Below are positions 8,528-17,663 of a stretch of DNA of 64,000 bases, piece after piece (position 1 is the stretch's first letter; each line of letters begins with the position of its first letter). A model generated the notes under the pieces. It did no database searches. It saw only the letters and a program-made list of their open reading frames with translations, and had not been told where the DNA came from. Made by a program: the position numbers and the translations under genes. The stretch lies in sequence record KJ019095.1, one strand, 5' to 3'.

Positions 8528-9829
8528 ATGGCAGCATTAAGTTCCACTTCCCCAGGACAACTAGGTAAGTATGTCATCCCCACAGTCCAGAAACTAAATG
8601 ATGCGATGAAACGCAGAACTAGTCTTGGTAGGGGGAGTGGTAAGTCTTATACCATTAAGAATACCCCTGCGAATGTGGCAGCTATCAAGGAGTTCTCTCG
8701 TATTGGTAGCTCCCCCAAGTCACAGAAAGAAGCACTTGCTATTAGTCTACAGACCACTGATACTAAAGTTCCTACTATTACTATCGGCAGTATTGATAAA
8801 CCTAATATCAAATACAACCTTGGAGATATGTCTGAGGCTGTAGTTGGTGCTGCTATTGCTGCCAGGTTTATCTACAAGAATAGAAGTATTACGACTTCAA
8901 ATGTTTATGGTGTTCTATATGGAATGCCACCATCATCTAACTACCCAGGGAAGAAGGGAAAATATACAGAGAAGACATTCCAGTCAGTTAATGAAAATAA
9001 GAAGGTTACAGATCAAGTTAAGGTGTATATCTCCTTAGCTGAGGTTAATATGGCTGCTGTGATGGATAGATCCAATAAGGATCTTATTCTTCCTTATGTT
9101 CGTTCTGCAGTCAGATATGCCAATAGTACTACTGTTAAGAAGTGGTCCAAACTACTTTATGAGAACAATAGATCAGATAAGATTGATGTAATGTCCGATG
9201 GTCTTGGAGGACAAACCACAACTAAAGTGGATGTATATGTAAAAGTTAATGATGAGAAAGTAAATATTAATGTGTCACTGAAGGCTGGTGATGTCAAACA
9301 GTTTGGTCAGGTCTCTGGTATTGAGTTTGAGAAACAAACTAAACTATGGGAAACCTCCTTTGGTTTTGGTAGTGAGATTAAGAGTCTAGAGTCAAAGTAT
9401 AACCAGTTGATCTCAGATAAATCAACAGTCCCACAGGCTGTAACTATGGTGTATCAAGAGGTGGCTAACCTTTTTAATCAAGGTATTAAGAGAGGTGATG
9501 CTGGTATGATAAGGAAATTTGCCAACTCCATTAAGTATTTTGCTACACTAAATGAAGACAATGTAACCCTACTACAGGTGGGTAATGATGCAGCAAAGCT
9601 CTATTCGTTTGATGATATATACCAAGGAATAGAAAACATGCAACTGAACGCTTCTATTACTATGGGTAAGAGTGGTCTCCCAACCTTACTAATAAACGAG
9701 ACTGCTAGTGGGCAACCTCTTATTCAGTATCGAGTGAAGCAGGAGTTCAAACCCGATGGGTCTCCATACATCAGAAACTATGTGGAGAAGCAGACTGTTC
9801 TAGGAAAACTTATTGGTGAAAACCTCTAG
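8528..9829 (+). CDS. hypothetical protein, possible PD-(D/E)xK-like nuclease
   Basis: Helix GDMSEAVVG and KVDVYV-x9-VSLK pattern; upstream of a Dam-like gene. Confidence 0.55.
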   Translation: MAALSSTSPGQLGKYVIPTVQKLNDAMKRRTSLGRGSGKSYTIKNTPANVAAIKEFSRIGSSPKSQKEALAISLQTTDTKVPTITIGSIDKPNIKYNLGDMSEAVVGAAIAARFIYKNRSITTSNVYGVLYGMPPSSNYPGKKGKYTEKTFQSVNENKKVTDQVKVYISLAEVNMAAVMDRSNKDLILPYVRSAVRYANSTTVKKWSKLLYENNRSDKIDVMSDGLGGQTTTKVDVYVKVNDEKVNINVSLKAGDVKQFGQVSGIEFEKQTKLWETSFGFGSEIKSLESKYNQLISDKSTVPQAVTMVYQEVANLFNQGIKRGDAGMIRKFANSIKYFATLNEDNVTLLQVGNDAAKLYSFDDIYQGIENMQLNASITMGKSGLPTLLINETASGQPLIQYRVKQEFKPDGSPYIRNYVEKQTVLGKLIGENL

Positions 9830-9864
9830 GTGTGTTATAATACCATTGTAGAGATTTCTATTTT

Positions 9865-10764
9865 ATGAAGGAACGCAGAAAGTATCCAACCGTATTGAGG
9901 TATCCAGGCGGTAAGTCTAGGATTATCTACTATTTGTTTAGGGAAAATATGATCCCTAAGAATGTCAAGGAATACCGTGAGGGTTTCCTAGGTGGGGGTT
10001 CTTGTGCTCTTGCGTTCTCTGTGATGTACCCAAACACCCCAGTTTGGGTCAATGATCTTTACTACAATCTGTATATCTTCTGGACACAACTCCAGAAGAA
10101 TCCAGATCCACTCATCAATCGTCTCCTAGAACTAAAGGACGAAGCCTGTGATGCATCGGGTACAGAAGAACTAGAGAAAAAGCATAGAAAACTCTACACA
10201 GATATGCGTGATCTCATTAATACTTCTAGTGATCACCTTGATATTGCAACCTCCTTCTACATTCTAAACCGATCTAGTTTCGGTGGATTCACTGAACAAA
10301 ACAAGAATGCCTTCATCCGAGACTCATACAAGAATACTATTTTCTCTCAGAGTAAAATCCGTAAGTTGGCTAATATCTCTGAGATTATCCAACCCTGGAG
10401 AATTACCAATACACACTACAAGGAACTAATGAGAGCTCCTGGTGATGATGTATTTGTGTTCCTAGACCCTCCATATCTAATCAAGGATATGTTGTATGGT
10501 AAGGACAAGGAGATGCACACTGGGTTCTCTCATGAAGAGTTTGTGAGTGAGTGTAAAGGTTCTACACATGACTGGATGATTACCTACAATGAACATGAAT
10601 GGTTGAGATCCCAGTTCGCTGACTATCATATGGAGTCTTTCGAGTTCCGTTATAGTCTCGCCCACAGGGAAGAGAATGGCAACAAGAAAGAAGAACTCCT
10701 CATAATGAACTATGAGATTCCTCGTGATATCCCAAACCCACTAGAGGTAGTTTTGTATGGATGA
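9865..10764 (+). CDS. Dam-like (D12 class) DNA adenine methyltransferase
   Basis: YPGGKS, FLGGGS, DPPY. Confidence 0.93.
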   Translation: MKERRKYPTVLRYPGGKSRIIYYLFRENMIPKNVKEYREGFLGGGSCALAFSVMYPNTPVWVNDLYYNLYIFWTQLQKNPDPLINRLLELKDEACDASGTEELEKKHRKLYTDMRDLINTSSDHLDIATSFYILNRSSFGGFTEQNKNAFIRDSYKNTIFSQSKIRKLANISEIIQPWRITNTHYKELMRAPGDDVFVFLDPPYLIKDMLYGKDKEMHTGFSHEEFVSECKGSTHDWMITYNEHEWLRSQFADYHMESFEFRYSLAHREENGNKKEELLIMNYEIPRDIPNPLEVVLYG

Positions 10765-11212
10765 TCTAGAGCTAGAGTATCATCTTTATCTGGATGGAAA
10801 CCCTATTCAGACACTGAAGGATGACGCTAGTACAATGACTTTAGCCAAGAAGAGAGTTATCGGTCCTTACATTCGTAGAGCTGAATCTTTTATTAAAATA
10901 TCAGAACCATTTAGGGAACTACTTCGTCTTGATGATGGTAAGGATAAACTTCTAGATGCAATAGGTGTTGTCTGGGCACACTACTTTGAACATAAGATTA
11001 ACAAGAAGTATATGGTTATCCCTAAGGATGCATCTCTTGATTTTATGGAATACTTTGGTACTATGGCACAGAAGGATAAGTTTCCAGATGATAAATATAT
11101 TAAGAAAGCTCAGCGTATCATTCTCTCTCACGAAAAGAGTATTGATGCTTTCATTAAGGCTTTTCATAGTATCCGTTTAGCCAACGACAAATATCTCTCC
11201 CTGAAGAAATGA
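10757..11212 (+). CDS. hypothetical protein
   Basis: ORF track; overlaps both neighbours. Confidence 0.75.
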   Translation: MDDLELEYHLYLDGNPIQTLKDDASTMTLAKKRVIGPYIRRAESFIKISEPFRELLRLDDGKDKLLDAIGVVWAHYFEHKINKKYMVIPKDASLDFMEYFGTMAQKDKFPDDKYIKKAQRIILSHEKSIDAFIKAFHSIRLANDKYLSLKK

Positions 11213-13887
11213 TCACACCGAAGTCCCTACTATCATTCCTATCTGAAGCCGCTGATTCTGAGGCTGCACAACAGGCTAAGGAGATGGGTTTAACCTCTGC
11301 CGGTTATGGTAACTGGAGAGACAGGTCGGGCAATGTTGTTGCCAAAACTGTAGATGGTCAGTTGGTGATGATTGACGCCAAGGCAGACCCTATGGCTAGA
11401 CCGGCGGCACCTGAGGAGGAAATGCCACCTGAAGAGGAGGAGGAGCCCCAGTTTGTAGAACCAGATCCAGATATGGTTGAGAAAGTAGCTAAGGGTCTTT
11501 CTGGTGGTAGATATAATATTGCATCAGCACAGAGGAAGAAAGAGTTACTGGCTTCTGCTAGACAGATACTAATCAATAAACAGATCCAAGACGCTCAGAT
11601 GCAGGCTGACGCTGAGGCTCAGGCAGCGGCACAGAACCCACCAGAACCCACTCCAGAGGAGTTGGCACAACAACAGGCGGATATGGAACTACAGCAACAG
11701 AACGCTGTGATGGATACTGAACTGAAGGCACAGAGTGTAGAGAATGGGAAACTGGACCTTCAGATGAAGAAGGACCAGATGAAGCAACAGAAGGAGGCAG
11801 AGAAAGAAGCCAAGGCTATGGATAAACTAGCCAAGAAAGCAGAGGCACAGAAACAAGCAGAAGCAGAAGCCGCAGCTCCTCCACCAATGCCACAGGGTGT
11901 CGCCCCCGATGCACCACCACTTCCTGAAGAAGAGATGGTTGTACCTGATGAACTGGATGCCCTGCTTGGAGCTATTAGGGGTGGTAATGAGAAGAAGACT
12001 AGTTCTGTTCTAGGTAAAATTCAGAAGAAAATTGGTAAGAAATCTGCTCCAAAGGCAAAAGCAAAACCCAAAAAGACACCTAAAGTTCAGACAGATCGAA
12101 GAATACCTGTTGCGGCTGTCGATAGAACAGATGTCCCGCAGTTTCAATCTGAAGCCCTAAGTCAGATGAATGCATATCTATCCGAAAATAGACAGAGAGA
12201 GGAGGATGATTACTATAGGGGTGCAGCAATTGAGGCTGTGCGTGAGCAACACGGTGAGGCTTTCTATTACTTTGATGAACCAAATGGTGTTGTAACAGAA
12301 ATCAACACCCCACAGGGTGCTGCTGACCTAATGGAGTGGTCAACTAATAGCTCTAACAAACTAATTGGTAAGTCCCTGAAACCTTTTTGGAAAGAAGTTG
12401 ATAACTTCCATAACAACTGGGCAGATCCTGAACTCCGTGACGAGAATAACTACGAACAAATCATCGAAGTTACTCGCCCAAACCGAGGAAAGATACCTGA
12501 TTCTGTAGTAGATTCTGAATGGAAGAAACTAAAGAATGCAGAGAGGAAGCAACTAGCTGAAATGGGTCTAGGTGGTGCTGGTGGTCGTGCTAATATGTTT
12601 CTAAAGACCGATAAGGATAGGGAGAAGAGGGGTAAATCTATCCTTAAGGTGTATCTAGAACAGGGCGGTCGAGATGCCTGGTTGGGTTCTTCTGACACTA
12701 ACCCTATTAGTTGGAAGGATATGACTGTCGATCATGTTCATTCTGAGGGTGATGTTCAGTTCTGGCAAGCCGAATGTGTCAAGAGGGGTATGGATCCTAA
12801 GGATTATCAGGCTTTGGCTAATGATCCAGAAGTTAACTATGTTATGACTCGTTTTGGATTCAATGGAGCTCAGAAGAGGGACAACTCCATGGATAAACTA
12901 TACACTGAAATGGAGAAGAAGTATTACTCTAAAGGTAAGAATGAAGTTGATAGTCTTACTAGAGGTAATGCTGAGAAGAAGATGAGGAAGCAACTTAGGG
13001 AACAAGAATATTATGCTCCCCTAGTTCAGAATCTTAAGGCGGCAGTTCAGTCTGGCAATTTTACCCCAGAAGTTTATAATGAACTATTTGATACTTATAA
13101 GAAAGGTAGGTCTGAACTTGAGACATCTAACGGTCCTAGAACTGATCGTTCTCAGATGATTATGGGACGTAATGAATCTACCGATCCTTGGAGATCTCTT
13201 GCTGAAAGATCACTATTTGGTTATAAGATCTTTGCTGGTGATGGTCTCCGTGCCAAGAAAGGTGGTCAGATTGCTGGTTGGTCTGGTGTCGGTGGAACTA
13301 CCAGTGGTTCTAATGCGGCTGATGGTGAAGCTCCTTCATATCCCTTCGAGGATACTGCTATGGACTTCTACTTCGATCCTATTCGGAGAATGGCACTATC
13401 CAGTCCAGAGAATCAAAAAAAGGCAGATTCTATCCACAAATACACTCAGTTTATGGGTAACGCCTTTGTTACTGGTAAGATTGGATCTCAAGAATGGCAC
13501 AACTATCTAACCCAGTCTTCACAGATGATGCATGAGATGCTTCCTGATGAGTGGAAAGGTGAGTATGAGGCGGAACGGGGACAGGAATACCTATCAACAA
13601 TTAATAGAACTCTAAACAAACTCAATAAGGGTCAGGATGATCTTGAGGGTGATAATTATGCGCCCGATCGTAATATCACTGAACTTTTTAAGAACTCACC
13701 ACAGAAGAGTTTAGCTGATCAGGGTATTGAAATTATGAGATCTATGATGGATCCAGAGAACTTCAATGCGGTTGACTACTATGATCGTGGTAATCTTTAT
13801 GAAGGTTTCGAAAATCTTGGGTTGTTATCTGGTAGAGGTGATGTTATAATGGAGAGGTTCCAAAATAAGAGAAGGAATGAAATTTGA
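11209..13887 (+). CDS. 892-aa multidomain protein with HNH nuclease motif
   Basis: YLEQGGRD...TVDHV...NYVMTR...NGAQK; N-terminal module shared with the cytidyltransferase; Pro/Glu/Gln linker. Confidence 0.8.
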   Translation: MITPKSLLSFLSEAADSEAAQQAKEMGLTSAGYGNWRDRSGNVVAKTVDGQLVMIDAKADPMARPAAPEEEMPPEEEEEPQFVEPDPDMVEKVAKGLSGGRYNIASAQRKKELLASARQILINKQIQDAQMQADAEAQAAAQNPPEPTPEELAQQQADMELQQQNAVMDTELKAQSVENGKLDLQMKKDQMKQQKEAEKEAKAMDKLAKKAEAQKQAEAEAAAPPPMPQGVAPDAPPLPEEEMVVPDELDALLGAIRGGNEKKTSSVLGKIQKKIGKKSAPKAKAKPKKTPKVQTDRRIPVAAVDRTDVPQFQSEALSQMNAYLSENRQREEDDYYRGAAIEAVREQHGEAFYYFDEPNGVVTEINTPQGAADLMEWSTNSSNKLIGKSLKPFWKEVDNFHNNWADPELRDENNYEQIIEVTRPNRGKIPDSVVDSEWKKLKNAERKQLAEMGLGGAGGRANMFLKTDKDREKRGKSILKVYLEQGGRDAWLGSSDTNPISWKDMTVDHVHSEGDVQFWQAECVKRGMDPKDYQALANDPEVNYVMTRFGFNGAQKRDNSMDKLYTEMEKKYYSKGKNEVDSLTRGNAEKKMRKQLREQEYYAPLVQNLKAAVQSGNFTPEVYNELFDTYKKGRSELETSNGPRTDRSQMIMGRNESTDPWRSLAERSLFGYKIFAGDGLRAKKGGQIAGWSGVGGTTSGSNAADGEAPSYPFEDTAMDFYFDPIRRMALSSPENQKKADSIHKYTQFMGNAFVTGKIGSQEWHNYLTQSSQMMHEMLPDEWKGEYEAERGQEYLSTINRTLNKLNKGQDDLEGDNYAPDRNITELFKNSPQKSLADQGIEIMRSMMDPENFNAVDYYDRGNLYEGFENLGLLSGRGDVIMERFQNKRRNEI

Positions 13888-14782
13888 TGTTGTTATTGGC
13901 AACCCCCCATATCAGAATCCTGATGGTGTAAAGAACAAGAAGATCTGGTTATCTTTCTTTGATCTTGGTGTCTCCCTCCTAAAGAAGGGTGGCACTATGT
14001 GTTACATCACGCCCACCACTCACTTCTGGAGTTTGGGTAGAAAGTGGCAAACTGGTGTGTCTGCTGATATTCTACTGAAACAGAACAACCTTCGTAGTGT
14101 AGATTTCACTACATCCAAACACTTCCCACAGGTTGGTGACTATATTTGTAACTATGTTCTACGCAAAGAACCTCCCAGTGGTATGGTAGATGTTATTGAG
14201 AAAGATGGGACAGAGGTTCTACGCCCACATGATGATGTCTATGATTGTGATGAGGAGAGACAAAAGGCAAAGTTCTTCTCTGCTATGAGAGAACTACGAG
14301 AGAAGTATGGGAAGTATCATATTCCCCACGACACAAGAGATAAGAGTCATTATAGTCAGACACAGGAGGGCGTGTATCAGCATCCTACTTATATTTCGGC
14401 AGCAAAACAGATATGGTATGCTGACAGTCCTACACTAGGGACTGATACACTGAAGATTATTATGAATATGTCTTCCTACTTCTGGAATATCAATGATACT
14501 CAGAAGTATATGAGGATTGATTCAGGTCCTGGTGTTGGGTTATTGGGAAGAATGTTGGCAATTGATAGTGTGGAGGATGGTGAGAAGATAGTTGAGTACC
14601 TAACTTCACCACTAGTGAAGTTCTACATTGACTGTATGAAGAGGACATCCCCATGGAACCACGCGATGTATCAGTTACCAAAGTGTCACCATATGACAGA
14701 GAGTGAGATCCTAGATGAGATGGGTTGGACTAGAGACCAGTTTGAAGAAATGTATCCAGAACGTCTGGAAACCAAAGTATAG
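13877..14782 (+). CDS. Eco57I-like N6-adenine methyltransferase catalytic/TRD fragment
   Basis: Starts with FDVVIGNPPY (motif IV); no motif I seen. Confidence 0.8.
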   Translation: MKFDVVIGNPPYQNPDGVKNKKIWLSFFDLGVSLLKKGGTMCYITPTTHFWSLGRKWQTGVSADILLKQNNLRSVDFTTSKHFPQVGDYICNYVLRKEPPSGMVDVIEKDGTEVLRPHDDVYDCDEERQKAKFFSAMRELREKYGKYHIPHDTRDKSHYSQTQEGVYQHPTYISAAKQIWYADSPTLGTDTLKIIMNMSSYFWNINDTQKYMRIDSGPGVGLLGRMLAIDSVEDGEKIVEYLTSPLVKFYIDCMKRTSPWNHAMYQLPKCHHMTESEILDEMGWTRDQFEEMYPERLETKV

Positions 14783-14811
14783 TTGACAAGGGACCCCAGG
14801 TGTGTTATACT
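14783..14811 (+). promoter_or_regulatory. sigma70-type promoter
   Basis: TTGACA-17 bp-TATACT with extended -10. Confidence 0.85.
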
Positions 14812-14836
14812 ATCTGGGTAGGTTAGGTTATTCTGT

Positions 14837-15718
14837 ATGGTGAAACCCCTGTTTAAGTGGACTGGTGGAAAGGGGCGACTATTCCAGAAGTATCAAGATC
14901 TAAACTTCTTCCCAGAGGCAGACAGGTTCGACACATTTGTTGACCTGTTTTTTGGTGCTGGGTCAGTCACCCTTTGGGTTGCGGAGAAGTATCCAGATAA
15001 GAAACTCATTATTAATGATAAGAACACGGAACTTATGGGGTTATATACCCAAATACGTGATAACTGGGGTGAGTTTAGTGAGCACTATAAGAGAGTGTAT
15101 AACGTATTCCTAGACACCCCAATAGAGAAAAGAAAGGCACTCTATAACTGTTATAAGAAGAGATATGCATGGAACTATAAGTGGTTGTCAGAAGCAGAGA
15201 TTGCGGCAAACCTCTTGGTTATGATGAAGATTAACTTCAATGGTATTTGGTTAGCGTATAAGATGTATGGTCGTAGGTATTCTACGGCACCAGGGAAGAT
15301 TGATTATAAAGAAAGTATCTTTGGTATGGAGAATGTGGAACAGTTCCGTCAAGTCCTACTACGGGCAACACTCTACAATAGATCCTTTGAGGATGTTCCT
15401 ATTCCTGATAACTCCTGGGTATTTGCTGATCCACCATACAGAGACACCAGAGATATGTATTCCGATACATTCACCGATGAACTTCAGTCTAAACTGGCAA
15501 AGTTCATAGTTTCTACAGACGGACTATACTGTGAGTCTAATAAAGAAACTGGTGATGGTTTCTGGGGAGAACACTTCCCTATGGAGAACATCCACTTCAC
15601 AGATCACAAATACACTTGTGGTTATGGGGGATCCATTAACCCAGTCACTGAAGTTCTTATAAAGAACTATGGGAATAATATCCCACAACCAACTACCCTT
15701 GATTCCTTTTTTAACTGA
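14837..15718 (+). CDS. Dam-like DNA adenine methyltransferase
   Basis: FKWTGGK, FFGAGS, DPPY. Confidence 0.92.
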   Translation: MVKPLFKWTGGKGRLFQKYQDLNFFPEADRFDTFVDLFFGAGSVTLWVAEKYPDKKLIINDKNTELMGLYTQIRDNWGEFSEHYKRVYNVFLDTPIEKRKALYNCYKKRYAWNYKWLSEAEIAANLLVMMKINFNGIWLAYKMYGRRYSTAPGKIDYKESIFGMENVEQFRQVLLRATLYNRSFEDVPIPDNSWVFADPPYRDTRDMYSDTFTDELQSKLAKFIVSTDGLYCESNKETGDGFWGEHFPMENIHFTDHKYTCGYGGSINPVTEVLIKNYGNNIPQPTTLDSFFN

Positions 15719-15720
15719 TT

Positions 15721-16413
15721 ATGCAAAAGAAAAACCGTATCTCCCACGAAGAAGAAATTAAACTATGTCGTCAGGCACAACTACAAGATCATACATCCAA
15801 GTATGCTATGACTAAAATGGTTAGTGCTAATATTGGGTTGGTTGAGAAACTCGCTAACAAACTCTACATCAAGAATGATCAATACTCTTTCGATGATCTA
15901 TACCAGGAGGGTGTATTTGGTCTTATCAGAGGTGTGAATAAGTTTGATCCTAGTGTTGGGTGTAGGTTTTCCACATATTCATACTACTGGATCTATAGTT
16001 ATATCATGAGGTATTGTGAGAATAACCTAGGTAAGATCCGTATTCCCACTCACCTCCGTGAGAAGATGAGGAAACAGAAAGATAATAAGGTAGAGTTGGA
16101 CAGACTAAAGTCCAAAGTCCCGTCAGTAGTATCATTAAATACAATAGTGGGTGAATCACTATCCTTGGATAATGTAGTTACATACACCGAGAATATCTCA
16201 TTTGATGATGAGATGGAACATGTTTTGGTTGTTATGGATGAGGTTTTGGATGAAAGAGAACACCAGGTTCTCTGTAGTAGGTTTGGTATTGGTGGCGAGA
16301 AGCCACTATCCCAGAGAGAGTGTGCTAAACTACACAATGTTACCCATGGTGCTATCTATTTGATTGAGAAGAAATCAATCAAGAAAATCAAACACCATAT
16401 GGGTTATAAATAA
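15721..16413 (+). CDS. sigma70-family RNA polymerase sigma factor (regions 2-4)
   Basis: DLYQEGVFGLIRGVNKFDP, FSTYSYYWI, IRIPTH, region 4 HTH. Confidence 0.93.
   Translation: MQKKNRISHEEEIKLCRQAQLQDHTSKYAMTKMVSANIGLVEKLANKLYIKNDQYSFDDLYQEGVFGLIRGVNKFDPSVGCRFSTYSYYWIYSYIMRYCENNLGKIRIPTHLREKMRKQKDNKVELDRLKSKVPSVVSLNTIVGESLSLDNVVTYTENISFDDEMEHVLVVMDEVLDEREHQVLCSRFGIGGEKPLSQRECAKLHNVTHGAIYLIEKKSIKKIKHHMGYK
16405..16412 (+). promoter_or_regulatory. T4-type late promoter
   Basis: TATAAATA 18 bp before the cytidyltransferase ATG. Confidence 0.8.
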
Positions 16414-16429
16414 TACTATAGTAGATTCT

Positions 16430-17644
16430 ATGGCGATGAGATCGTTTCTAACATTCCTAACCGAAGCCCGTTCTCGTGCATCTAAAAGAGCCAAAGAGTT
16501 GGGACTCACTGGCAATGGTCACGGTGGATGGGAAGATAACGAAGGTAACCTAGTCGCCATGACGGTGAAGGGTGATCTGGAGTTTGTGAAGGGAAGAGAA
16601 CCCAAAGAGGAAGAAGAACCCGATGAAAAGACTTCTGCCCCTGAAGAGGAACCAACATCCAACAAAGCGCCTGGGGTAGATCCAGAGAACACAGATACTC
16701 CAAGACAGAAAGAACCAGCGCCTGTTCCCAAAGATAAGGGTATTCTAACTGTTGCTTTCGGTAGGTTTAACCCTCCTACGATTGGACATGAGAAACTAAT
16801 CAATACTGTAGCATCATATTCAGAGAACGGTGATTACATAATCATTCCCTCTAGGAGTGAGGATAAGAAGAAGAACCCTTTAGATATCGACACTAAAGTT
16901 AGTATCATGAGGCAGATGTATCCAACACACGCCGAGAAGATTGTTAACGATCCACATAATAGAACCATCTTTGATGTTATGCGTAAGGCGCATAATGATG
17001 GTTACGCTGGTATTAGGATTGTTGGTGGTGGAGATAGAGTTAAGGAATATGAGAAGTTAGCCAACGCATATAACGGATCTACCTATCAGTTTGATGAAAT
17101 TGATGTAGTAAACGCTGGTGACAGGGATCCAGATGCGGAAGGTGCGGAAGGTATGTCTGCCTCCAAGATGAGAAAGGCGGCAGCTGATAACGACTTTGCT
17201 TCTTTCAGAAAGGGAATGCCAAAGACTCTCAGTAACGACCAGATGGTTTCTATCTACACTCAGGTTCAGAAGTCTATGGGTGTAACACCTAAGGAAGCTG
17301 TAATTGAAAACTGGAAAGTTGCTCCTAGACTGTATCCACAGGAACTGAGAGAGGCTTATATCCAAAACGAAATCTATAATATTGGTGATACTGTCAGTCA
17401 TGACACCACTGGTATGGTAGGTAAGATCGTAAGAAAGGGAACCAATCACCTCATTTGTGTAACAGAAAGTGAGGAAATGTTCAAGACCTGGACACAGGAT
17501 GTTAGTCCCGCAGATCTAAAACCACAACCAGCAATCTCTACTCCAAAGGAGAGGGAAGTTGGAACAGATTCCCTTAGATCTTTCCTTCAGAGGATCACTC
17601 CAGGAGAGAAAGAGCAATCCTTTATAAATAAACATAAGAAATAA
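16430..17644 (+). CDS. cytidyltransferase-family protein
   Basis: FGRFNPPTIGH (HxGH), SASKMR; start set after the late promoter. Confidence 0.9.
   Translation: MAMRSFLTFLTEARSRASKRAKELGLTGNGHGGWEDNEGNLVAMTVKGDLEFVKGREPKEEEEPDEKTSAPEEEPTSNKAPGVDPENTDTPRQKEPAPVPKDKGILTVAFGRFNPPTIGHEKLINTVASYSENGDYIIIPSRSEDKKKNPLDIDTKVSIMRQMYPTHAEKIVNDPHNRTIFDVMRKAHNDGYAGIRIVGGGDRVKEYEKLANAYNGSTYQFDEIDVVNAGDRDPDAEGAEGMSASKMRKAAADNDFASFRKGMPKTLSNDQMVSIYTQVQKSMGVTPKEAVIENWKVAPRLYPQELREAYIQNEIYNIGDTVSHDTTGMVGKIVRKGTNHLICVTESEEMFKTWTQDVSPADLKPQPAISTPKEREVGTDSLRSFLQRITPGEKEQSFINKHKK
17623..17630 (+). promoter_or_regulatory. T4-type late promoter
   Basis: TATAAATA. Confidence 0.75.
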
Positions 17645-17663
17645 GACAGTTCCTTTTTAGAAG

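Noticed and set aside
11209-13887. Cas9 or IscB effector
   Set aside because: Only the HNH motif resembles Cas9; no RuvC-I/II/III motifs, bridge helix, CRISPR array or adjacent omegaRNA-like region
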